Below, piece by piece: positions 51,025 through 59,248 of a stretch of 64,000 bases of DNA. Below the pieces are notes generated by a model. That model saw only the letters and a program-made list of their open reading frames with translations, did no database searches and was not told where the DNA came from. This DNA comes from Thermoanaerobaculia bacterium (GTDB taxonomy: Bacteria; Acidobacteriota; Thermoanaerobaculia; Multivoradales; Multivoraceae). Numbering within the stretch: the stretch's first letter is position 1; every line of letters begins with the position of its first letter. The position numbers and the translations under genes were made by a program. The stretch covers positions 4,224,001 through 4,288,000 of the forward strand of contig OY761158.1 of the NCBI GenBank assembly GCA_963664405.1, written 5' to 3'.

Positions 51025-52080
51025 ATGTCGAGAGCCGGCTCAAGCACCCTTGAGAGCTCCGACGAGTTGCTCTTGAGAGACCGCAAGGCCGAGCACATCC
51101 GCCTCGCTCTCGAGCGTCGGATGCAGCTCGAGGCTCACTTTTTCGAGGATTATCACTTCGAGCATCAGGCTCTGCCTGAGCTGGATTTTGCAGACATCGA
51201 TACCTCGGTCGAGTTTCTCGGTAAGACCCTCCATGCGCCGCTGCTGATCTCCTGCATGACCGGTGGCACCGAGTCCGCAGGAGGAATCAATCAGAACTTG
51301 GCGGAGGCGGCCGAGCGGGTTGGTGTTGCCTTGGGAGTGGGCTCCCAACGCAAGGCACTCGAGGATCCTGACAGCGCTGCGAGCTTTGCCGTGCGTCCCC
51401 TGGCGCCAACGATCCCGCTTCTCGCCAACCTAGGAGCAGTCCAGCTGAACTACGGATACGGTGTCGATGAGTGCCGCCGGGCGGTGGAGATGATCGATGC
51501 CGATGCGCTGGTGTTCCATCTCAATCCGTTGCAGGAAGCGATCCAGCCCGAGGGCCAGGTCAACTTCAGCAATCTGCTGCCGCAAATGGCCGAGGTGACC
51601 GACCAGCTGGGCGTGCCGGTCATCGCCAAAGAGATCGGCTGTGGAATATCAGCCCAGACGGCTCGCGAACTCGCCCGTATCGGCATTCGCATCATCGATA
51701 CCGCGGGAGTCGGCGGCACCAGTTGGGCGAGGATCGAGGCGCAACGCGCGGGAGACCTCGAGATCGGCGAGACATTTGCCGATTGGGGTATTCCGACCCC
51801 GGAGTCGATCCGTCAGCTGGCGGAGCTTCCAGGTGTCTCTGTGATCGGCAGCGGTGGCTTGGGTAGTGGCATTGACGCGGCCAAGGCGCTCGCGCTGGGC
51901 GCCGACATGGCCGGGATGGCTTTTCCCTTTCTCGCCGCCGCCACCGAGTCGGCGGACGCGGTCGAGGAGAAGATCCGAAAGACTATTCGAGAACTGAAGA
52001 TCGTGATGTTCTGTCTCGGCGTCCGTGAAATCTCGGGACTGCGCGGAGTCGAGCTAAAACGAGAGAATAGATCCCGATGA
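51025..52080 (+). CDS. fni: Type 2 isopentenyl-diphosphate isomerase
   Basis: RKAEHI, MTGG, GSQR, HLNPLQE, KEIGCG, GGTSW, WGIPT. Confidence 0.95.
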   Translation: MSRAGSSTLESSDELLLRDRKAEHIRLALERRMQLEAHFFEDYHFEHQALPELDFADIDTSVEFLGKTLHAPLLISCMTGGTESAGGINQNLAEAAERVGVALGVGSQRKALEDPDSAASFAVRPLAPTIPLLANLGAVQLNYGYGVDECRRAVEMIDADALVFHLNPLQEAIQPEGQVNFSNLLPQMAEVTDQLGVPVIAKEIGCGISAQTARELARIGIRIIDTAGVGGTSWARIEAQRAGDLEIGETFADWGIPTPESIRQLAELPGVSVIGSGGLGSGIDAAKALALGADMAGMAFPFLAAATESADAVEEKIRKTIRELKIVMFCLGVREISGLRGVELKRENRSR

Positions 52081-53324
52081 GCAATACCAAGTCTGCGCCG
52101 GACCTCGTAGAGGAGCTCTCCACCGGCCGAATCGGCTTCCATCAGCTGCCTGGTGAGCTCGACGTCGAGAGCGCCGCCGAGCTACGGCGCCGCTCTCTCG
52201 AAGAGACCACAGGCGCTCGGCTGGAGCACATCTCTCACTACAGCTTCGACATCGAAAGAGCTGCGAGTCGTAACTGCGAGAATCTAATTGGCGTTGCACA
52301 GATTCCGATGGGTATTGTCGGTCCTGTTCGGGTCCGTGGCGAGCACATCGACGAGGAAGTGGCGGTGCCTTTGGCGACGACCGAGGGTGCGCTTCTGGCC
52401 AGCGTCAACCGCGGCTGCGCTGCGATCCGTCGCGCCGGCGGAGCCGTGGTTCAGGTCGAAGACGTTGGCATGACTCGAGCGCCGGTATTCCGGACCGAGA
52501 ATCTTTCTGAGACGCGCTCCTTTCTCAACTGGGTTCGCTCTCACGAGGAAGAGATGAGAGAACTGGCGCCGGGCACGAGTCGCTTCTTGCGCCTGGTGGA
52601 GATCCGAACCCAGGCGATCGCTACCACGGTTTTTATTCGCTTTCGATTCGAGACCGGGGATGCGATGGGGATGAATATGGTCACCATCGCCTGTGATCGC
52701 TTGGTGAGCGAACTGATAACCCCCCAGACCGGTGTGCCTTGTATCGCTCTTTCGGGGAACCTCTGCGTCGACAAGAAGCCATCGGCGGTCGGTTTTCAGG
52801 AGGGGCGCGGCAAACGTATTCGGGTCGAGGTAGAGCTCGGTCCTGAGGTTCTCGGCCGTACCCTGAAATCGAATGCCGAGGCACTGGTGGAGGTGCAATA
52901 CCGTAAGAACTTGTTGGGCTCGATCATGGCTGGGTCGATGGGCTACAACGCCCAGGTCGCCAACGTTCTCTCGGCTCTCTTCATCGCTACCGGGCAAGAC
53001 CTCGCGCATGTCGTCGAAGGCTCGATGTCGGTGACCACCATCGAGCGTCGTGGCGACGGTGTTCTCTTTTCGGTCTACCTTCCCGACGTTCCTCTCGCGG
53101 CGATCGGAGGCGGTACCGGTCTCGCGACCCAGCAAGAGGCTCTTGCCATCATGGGCATCCGACCCGACCCGACCCGACCAGGCGCCGCGGTGCTCAAATT
53201 CGCTGAGATCGTCGGCGCGGTGGTGCTGGCAGGCGAAGTTTCGCTGATGGCGGCCTTCACGTCTCAGGATCTCGCCAGCGCCCACGAGAAACTAGCGCGC
53301 GGGGGCGAGAAGCCAGGAGCTTGA
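52077..53324 (+). CDS. hmgA: Class I (archaeal/eukaryote-type) HMG-CoA reductase
   Basis: CENLIG, PLATTEGAL, GMTRAP, TGDAMGMNM, SGNLCVDKK, ATGQD, GGGT. Confidence 0.93.
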   Translation: MSNTKSAPDLVEELSTGRIGFHQLPGELDVESAAELRRRSLEETTGARLEHISHYSFDIERAASRNCENLIGVAQIPMGIVGPVRVRGEHIDEEVAVPLATTEGALLASVNRGCAAIRRAGGAVVQVEDVGMTRAPVFRTENLSETRSFLNWVRSHEEEMRELAPGTSRFLRLVEIRTQAIATTVFIRFRFETGDAMGMNMVTIACDRLVSELITPQTGVPCIALSGNLCVDKKPSAVGFQEGRGKRIRVEVELGPEVLGRTLKSNAEALVEVQYRKNLLGSIMAGSMGYNAQVANVLSALFIATGQDLAHVVEGSMSVTTIERRGDGVLFSVYLPDVPLAAIGGGTGLATQQEALAIMGIRPDPTRPGAAVLKFAEIVGAVVLAGEVSLMAAFTSQDLASAHEKLARGGEKPGA

Positions 53325-54415
53325 GCTCGATCGAGACCTCTGCTCCGGGCAAGATCATCCTTGCCGGCGAGCATTCCGCCGTCTACGGTCGTCCCGCCTT
53401 GGTTGCGGCGCTGAACCTTCGCCTGCGCGTCATCCTCGAAGAAAGGCGCGAGCCCGGTGTCGCGGTCATCTTGCCCGAGCTCGGCTACCAAGGCGAGGTG
53501 TCCTGCCCTGATCTGCGAGAGTATGCCGGGGCGGTTCGTCGCCGCTGGCTCGACTTCGAGCGCGATCCTTCACCGGCTGCTTTTCACCGCTTGCGAGGGC
53601 GGGATCCGGCGCACTTGGTCAAGGTCGCGCTGGGCGAGATCTTGGCTGGTGCACCCCAGGCGGATCCGGGCTGGCGGCTGAGCGTGGATTCGGATCTCTC
53701 GGTCGGGTGCGGTATGGGCAGCTCGGCTGCGCTGGCTGCAGCGGTGACTCTTGCGGCTCTCCTGGCCCTGGGTGTCGAAGTCTCCTCTGACCAATTGGGC
53801 GACCTCGTGCTCGATGCTGAGCGGCGTCAGCACGGTTCTCCCTCCGGGGTCGACGGGGCGGTGGTGCTGCGCGGAGGAGTCGTCTGGGCGGAGCGGCGAG
53901 AAAGTGGCGAGCTCGATCTCGAAGACGTGGACGCGGGCGCCGCAGGCGTCTTGGGCGACCTGGTCATTGTCAATACCGGCGCCCCGGCTCAGACGACCGG
54001 AGAAGTGGTGGCGTCGGTGCGCGAGCTCCATGACCGGGATCCCGCAGTTTTCGCTGCCACTCTCGACCGTCTCGAAGAGGCTGCCAGAGAGCTGCGTCGG
54101 GGTCTCGAGCAGAACCAGGGGAGCACGGTCGCGGCCGCGCTGACCGAGGCAGAGAGGGGACTCGAGACCCTCGGCGTGGTGCCGGCCGAGGTGATCGAGA
54201 GGATCCGGCGAGTCGAGGGTGCGGGAGGCGCTGCTAAGGTGTCTGGCGCGGGGGCCATTGCCGGTTCTGGTGCTGGATGTCTGGTGGTCTATCATCCTGA
54301 CCCGAGCGCGGATCTCGGCGGTCTACTGCCGGGCGCCGGCGTAGTGCCGGCGGCGCTGGGAGCCGCCGGAGCCGCCGCACTTGGAGCTATCGGGGTCAGT
54401 GGGGGTCTTTCATGA
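53321..54415 (+). CDS. mvk: Mevalonate kinase (GHMP family)
   Basis: SAPGKIILAGEHSAVYG, GMGSSAA, HGSPSGVD, KVSGAG. Confidence 0.9.
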   Translation: MSSIETSAPGKIILAGEHSAVYGRPALVAALNLRLRVILEERREPGVAVILPELGYQGEVSCPDLREYAGAVRRRWLDFERDPSPAAFHRLRGRDPAHLVKVALGEILAGAPQADPGWRLSVDSDLSVGCGMGSSAALAAAVTLAALLALGVEVSSDQLGDLVLDAERRQHGSPSGVDGAVVLRGGVVWAERRESGELDLEDVDAGAAGVLGDLVIVNTGAPAQTTGEVVASVRELHDRDPAVFAATLDRLEEAARELRRGLEQNQGSTVAAALTEAERGLETLGVVPAEVIERIRRVEGAGGAAKVSGAGAIAGSGAGCLVVYHPDPSADLGGLLPGAGVVPAALGAAGAAALGAIGVSGGLS

Positions 54416-55413
54416 AGGTCAGTATCGAAGCACCTTCGAATATCGCTTTTATAAAGTACTGGGGGGCGAAGGACCTGGAGCGCGCGATCCCGTGGCACCC
54501 CTCTATTTCGATGAGTCTCGACCGCTGCCGTTCACAGTGTTCGGTGGAGTTCCTCGACGGGGCCGAGGGCGAAGATGAGGTCTGGTTGGCCGACGGTAGC
54601 GGCAGGCTGGAGGACCCCGGGCCCGCGTTCCGTGCCCGAGCACTGGCGCATCTCGACCGATTGCGAGTCTATTGCCGCAGAAGAGGTCGCTTTGTGGTCG
54701 GAACTCGGAACACCTTTCCCAGTGCCGCCGGCATCGCCTCTTCGGCATCCGGCTTCGCGGCTCTGACGATTGCGGCGCTTGGCGCTATGGAGCACCCCGC
54801 TGACGAAAGAGAGTTGTCGATCCTGGCGCGGCGAAGCGGCTCAGGGTCGGCCGCTCGATCGGTTCTGGGAGGCTTTGTCGAGTGGCCCAAGGGCGAGGCC
54901 GAGGAGGACTGCTTCGCCGTCTCGCTGGCGGGCGCCGAGCACTGGGATCTCTGCGATGTGGTCGCGGTCGTCGAGAGCGGGCCGAAGAAGGTCTCTTCTC
55001 TGGAAGGCCATGCGCGGGCAAGTACGAGCCCCTACTACGAGCGTCGCCGCGAGCTGGTGGTGGGGCGGCTGGAGCGGACTCGGGAGGCCCTGTGTCGACG
55101 AGACTTCCAGCTGCTTGGCAGCACCCTGGAAGAGGACAGCATCGACATGCATCTCATCATGATGTCTTCCTCGCCGCCGATCTTCTATTGGAGCCCAGCG
55201 ACCTTGCGGGTTCTGGAGCGGGTACGGAGCCTGCGCGATGAGGGCGTCCCGGCCTTCGCGACAAACGACGCGGGCGCCAACGTTCACGTCATCTGTGCCA
55301 GCTTGGACGAAGCGGCCGTAGCGGCGGCGCTCGCCGCTCTGCCCGGTGTAGAGCGCACCATCCGAGATCGGGTGGGGCAGGGACCGCGACCGCTCGAAAC
55401 TCCTCTCATCTAG
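54412..55413 (+). CDS. mvaD: MvaD-family decarboxylase; phosphomevalonate decarboxylase likely by context
   Basis: APSNIAFIKYWG, GIASSASG, SGSGSAARS, DAGANVH. Confidence 0.88.
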   Translation: MKVSIEAPSNIAFIKYWGAKDLERAIPWHPSISMSLDRCRSQCSVEFLDGAEGEDEVWLADGSGRLEDPGPAFRARALAHLDRLRVYCRRRGRFVVGTRNTFPSAAGIASSASGFAALTIAALGAMEHPADERELSILARRSGSGSAARSVLGGFVEWPKGEAEEDCFAVSLAGAEHWDLCDVVAVVESGPKKVSSLEGHARASTSPYYERRRELVVGRLERTREALCRRDFQLLGSTLEEDSIDMHLIMMSSSPPIFYWSPATLRVLERVRSLRDEGVPAFATNDAGANVHVICASLDEAAVAAALAALPGVERTIRDRVGQGPRPLETPLI

Positions 55414-55422
55414 AGATCACTT

Positions 55423-56220
55423 GTGGCCATCGTCGTCAAGCTGGGCGGAAGCCTGATCACCGACAAGTCGCGTCCGTCGGCCCTACGCCGTGACGTTCTC
55501 GGTCGAATTGTGGAAGAGATCGCCGCCGCGCTGCCGCGGATGAAAGAAGGGTTGATCTTGTCCCATGGCAGCGGCTCCTTTGGTCACGTCGCGGCGGCTG
55601 CACATCGGATTCAGGAGGGTGTCTCCGAAGAGTCTCAGCTAATCGGAGTCGCTGAGACTCAATTCCAGGCTCATGGCCTGCATCGTCTCGTTGTCGAGGC
55701 ACTTTGCAACGCCGGGGTTGCGGCCTTTTCACTGGCCCCATCCAGTTTTCTGGTCGCCGAGGGCGGCATTCCGACGGCGCCGTCGGTCGAACCGCTTCTG
55801 CTCGCGCTCGAGCTCGGTTTGGTGCCCGTTATCTTTGGCGATGTCGTCATGGACCGAGGGCGGGGAGCTTCGATCAGCTCGACAGAGGCGGTCATCGGCG
55901 CCTTGGAGGCGCCTCTTCGCGATGCGGGTCGAGCGATGAGTCTGGTGCTCTGGGCGGGAGCGACGGAAGGCGTGCTTGACCGCAGCGGTGACACAGTCCG
56001 TGCTCTTCACTCCGCTAACCTCGACGAAGTGCTGGCCAGTGCCCAGGGTGCAGCCGGCGAGGACGTGACCGGAGGCATGCGTCTTCGGATCGAAAGCGCA
56101 TGGCGGCTGGCACTGTGTGGAGTGCCTTCTTTGATCCTCAACGGGCTTCGTCCGGGTCGACTGGAGAGTGCTCTGGCTGGAGAGGCCGTTCCCGGAACTC
56201 GTGTCGAGACGCCATCATGA
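55423..56220 (+). CDS. ipk: Isopentenyl phosphate kinase (amino acid kinase fold)
   Basis: VKLGGSLITDK, HGSGSFGH with the IPK-type His, GDVV, STE, DVTGGM. Confidence 0.88.
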   Translation: MAIVVKLGGSLITDKSRPSALRRDVLGRIVEEIAAALPRMKEGLILSHGSGSFGHVAAAAHRIQEGVSEESQLIGVAETQFQAHGLHRLVVEALCNAGVAAFSLAPSSFLVAEGGIPTAPSVEPLLLALELGLVPVIFGDVVMDRGRGASISSTEAVIGALEAPLRDAGRAMSLVLWAGATEGVLDRSGDTVRALHSANLDEVLASAQGAAGEDVTGGMRLRIESAWRLALCGVPSLILNGLRPGRLESALAGEAVPGTRVETPS

Positions 56221-57176
56221 GTGCGACCCGAGACGCGATCGTACTGGTAGACTCCCGATCTCATTCGATGGCCGATCTCGACGACCTCCTGGTCAGCACC
56301 AGCCGTACTTTTGCGGTCTCGATCCCGCTGTTGCCCGAGCCGACGCGCCGGGAGGTGACGATTGCCTATCTGCTGTTTCGCATCGCGGACACCTTCGAGG
56401 ATGCGTCGCATTGGCCTCGAGAGAGTCGCATCGAGGCACTGAGAAGCTTTGTCGAGCTACTCGACTCGAGCGATTCCGAGGCAATGGCGGAGGCAGCTCG
56501 GGGTTGGGTGGATATGGGGCCGTCAGCTCATGAGGGCTACGTCGATCTCCTCGGTGCACTGCCCGAGGTTCTTGGCGCCTTTCATGAGCTGGCGGAGGCG
56601 GCCCAGGCCACGATCCATGACCACACCGTGCGGACCGCACTCGGCATGGCGGACTTCGTCGCCCGCACTTCAGAAGACGGAGTTCTTCTACTTCGCGACC
56701 TCAAAGACCTTCAGGGCTATTGCTACGTGGTCGCCGGCATTGTTGGTGAGATGCTCACTTCTCTTTTTGTTCGCGATCGGCTGAGCCTCGCTTCCGCCGG
56801 CGGCTACCTCGAGGCTCGCGCGGCGCGATTCGGTGAGGCGCTCCAGCTGGTGAACATCCTCAAAGATTCGGCCGATGACTTGCTCGAAGGGCGTAGCTAT
56901 CTGCCTGCCGGAGTCGATCGTCTAGAGGTCTTTCGCCTTGCGAGAGAAGACCTGGAGGCCGCGACCGAATATGTCCGCGCGCTTCAGCGAGCCGGTGCCC
57001 CCAGGGGTTTCGTCGCCTTCACCGCTCTCCCGGTGCTGCTTGCCCGCGCAACTCTGGATCGCGTCGAGGAGGCCGGCCCCGGCGCCAAGCTTAGTCGGCC
57101 GGAAGTCGCCGTCATCGTGCAACAGATGAACCAAGACCTGGATCATGATCGTCCAGCGATAGAGGAGATGAAGTGA
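56217..57176 (+). CDS. Squalene synthase, one-step farnesyl-diphosphate farnesyltransferase type
   Basis: SRTFA flap motif, YLLFRIADTFED, YCYVVAGIVG, LQLVNILKD...D...GRSYLP; ATGA coupling to ipk. Confidence 0.85.
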   Translation: MSATRDAIVLVDSRSHSMADLDDLLVSTSRTFAVSIPLLPEPTRREVTIAYLLFRIADTFEDASHWPRESRIEALRSFVELLDSSDSEAMAEAARGWVDMGPSAHEGYVDLLGALPEVLGAFHELAEAAQATIHDHTVRTALGMADFVARTSEDGVLLLRDLKDLQGYCYVVAGIVGEMLTSLFVRDRLSLASAGGYLEARAARFGEALQLVNILKDSADDLLEGRSYLPAGVDRLEVFRLAREDLEAATEYVRALQRAGAPRGFVAFTALPVLLARATLDRVEEAGPGAKLSRPEVAVIVQQMNQDLDHDRPAIEEMK

Positions 57177-57880
57177 GTTCGAGTCCGCGCCCCGAGTTTC
57201 TCTACCTCGGTCACTCCACCGTTCAATGCACTCTTCCGGGTGGGGAAGTCGTGCTGATCGATCCCTGGGTCGGCCAGAATCCGGCCTGCCCGCCAGAGCT
57301 CGAGAATCTCGAGCGCATCGATGCAATGCTGATCACTCATGCCCACTTCGACCACATTGGTGACGCGGTCGAGTTGGCGAAGAAGCATCGCCCAAAGAAA
57401 GTGGTTGCCTGCTATGAGGTCTGTGAGTGGCTGGAGTCGCAGGGTGTGGAGAACTGTGCCGGAATGAACCTTGGCGGTTCTCAGGACGTGCTCGGCGCGC
57501 GTGTGACCATGGTACGTGCCGATCATTCGTCGGGGGGTGGCGCCGTCGGCTATGGTGCTGTTGCGTCCGGCTACATTGTTCGTCTTCCGGAGGGCTACAC
57601 CTTCTATCATGCCGGCGACACGGCCCTGTTCTCGGACATGGAGCTCTTCGCCGAGCTCTATCGCCCCGAGTTGGCCTTCCTCCCCATTGGCGATCTGTTC
57701 ACCATGGACCCCGAACAGGCCGCTCTCGCCTGCCGGCTACTCGGTGTTTCGGTCGTGATCCCGGTGCACCACAGCACCTTTCCACTTCTGACCGGAACGC
57801 CCGAGCAGCTCGTTTCGTGCCTTCAAGACCGCGGTATCAACGCCAAGGTGGTGGCTCTGAGGCCCGGCGACACCTACTAG
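57173..57880 (+). CDS. Metal-dependent hydrolase (MBL fold, UPF0173-like)
   Basis: YLGHS, IDPW, THAHFDH, YHAGDT, LPIG, PVH. Confidence 0.88.
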   Translation: MSSSPRPEFLYLGHSTVQCTLPGGEVVLIDPWVGQNPACPPELENLERIDAMLITHAHFDHIGDAVELAKKHRPKKVVACYEVCEWLESQGVENCAGMNLGGSQDVLGARVTMVRADHSSGGGAVGYGAVASGYIVRLPEGYTFYHAGDTALFSDMELFAELYRPELAFLPIGDLFTMDPEQAALACRLLGVSVVIPVHHSTFPLLTGTPEQLVSCLQDRGINAKVVALRPGDTY

Positions 57881-58042
57881 ACCAGCGTTTCCAAAGTTCG
57901 CGCACATATCTCGGGCCCTTCTGCCCGCTGGCGTCGTTTCGCCTCCTCGACATATTTCCCAATATGCCTGCGTCAGCGCGCCTAGCCAGCGAACAGAATG
58001 ACCTCGAGCTATGCGGCACGAACTTTGGAAACGCTGGTCTAG
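57877..58042. repeat. Family-B palindromic element, copy B3
   Basis: Near-identical to B2; first TAG is the stop of the upstream gene. Confidence 0.92.
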
Positions 58043-58207
58043 TGGACCGTAACACTCGAACGTTTAGTGGCTGAGTGAGTCATTCGTGGTCGAGATCAAG
58101 GCGCGCTGACGCAGGCATAGCCGGGGACTATGTCGAGGAAGCGTAACGCAGAGATCGGCCGCGAGGGCCGCTCAGGCGCTAAACGTTTGGGTGTTACGGT
58201 CTACTAG
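58039..58207. repeat. Family-B element, copy B4 (inverted core, different arms), sharing a CTAG with B3
   Basis: CTAGTGGACCGTAACAC...GTGTTACGGTCTACTAG; core GCGCGCTGACGCAGGCATA...TATGTCGAGGA is the reverse complement of the B3 core. Confidence 0.85.
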
Positions 58208-58237
58208 CCGGTCCACGCCCTGTGAGACAATGGGCTC

Positions 58238-58906
58238 GTGCCTACAAGCACGGTAGAGGACTATTTGAAGTGCATCCTCGCTCAGCAAGAGCGGGACCCG
58301 GGGACGTTGGTCACCATGGGGCAGATCGGTTCCGCCTTGGGCGTCGCGCCGGGTACGGTGACGGCGATGGTGAAGACTCTCGCCGAGAGCGGCCTCTTGT
58401 CCTACGAGCCCTACTCGGGCGTTCGTCTGAACGAAGCAGGAGAGAGTCTGGCCGCTCACGTCTTGAGACGTCACCGTCTGATCGAGCTCTTCCTGGTCGA
58501 GAAGATGGGGCTCGACTGGAGCGAGGTTCACGAAGAGGCGGAGCTGCTCGAGCACGCGGTGTCGGAGAGGCTGATAGACCGGATCGACGAGATGCTCGGA
58601 GGGCCCGCGGTCGACCCCCACGGAGACCCGATCCCTAACCGGGCAGGCGAGATTGCCTCCACCGCGGCGACCAGCCTTCTGGCGTGCGCCGAGAAGCAGC
58701 CGCAGACGGTTGTGCGAGTGGGCGACCAGAGCGCTGAGTTTCTGCGCCTCCTCGAGGATAGAGGGCTGGTCCCTGGTAGCCGGATCGTGGTCGACTCGCG
58801 CAGCGAAGCGGCCGACAATGTCGAGCTCTCGAACAGCGAGGGGACACAGGTCAGCCTAGGCTTCCGTGCCGCTTCGAAAGTCTTCGTGCGCCCCTCACAG
58901 CCCTAG
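58238..58906 (+). CDS. DtxR/MntR-family metal-dependent transcriptional regulator with FeoA-like C-domain
   Basis: EDYLK, RRHRLIELFL, HEEAELLEH, DPHGDPIP. Confidence 0.93.
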   Translation: MPTSTVEDYLKCILAQQERDPGTLVTMGQIGSALGVAPGTVTAMVKTLAESGLLSYEPYSGVRLNEAGESLAAHVLRRHRLIELFLVEKMGLDWSEVHEEAELLEHAVSERLIDRIDEMLGGPAVDPHGDPIPNRAGEIASTAATSLLACAEKQPQTVVRVGDQSAEFLRLLEDRGLVPGSRIVVDSRSEAADNVELSNSEGTQVSLGFRAASKVFVRPSQP

Positions 58907-59248
58907 GCTCCAGAAATGATGGCTATCATTTCCTCCGCCTAGTTGTCTTTTGGCGCCGAGGACGGCGCACTCAGGCGTTGCTTCCTATTCGCTCCGGGAA
59001 ACGGCTCTGGCCGAATACTCGGACACGCTCCTAGCTTTCAGAAATGATGAATATCATTTCCGAAAGCTAGTTTCTGTTTGGCGCCGAGGACGGCGCACTT
59101 AGGCGTTGCTTCTTATTCGCTCTGGGAAACGGCTCTGTCGAGTACTCGGACACGCTCCTAGCCCTGGAAAACGCGCCTTCGGCCCGTTTTCCGGCCCATC
59201 CCCGCCTGAGAACTACTCGCCTGTCCGAATTCTCGGACAGGCTCCTAG
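58903..59248 (+). repeat. Family-A array 2: two 127-128 bp units plus variant hairpins
   Basis: Unit-start CTAG at 58903, 59031, 59158; terminal palindrome GCCTGTCCGA-attc-TCGGACAGGC at 59219-59242. Confidence 0.92.

Noticed and set aside
55423-56220. Uridylate or acetylglutamate kinase call
   Set aside because: The HGSGSFGH signature and position inside a mevalonate operon favour isopentenyl phosphate kinase.
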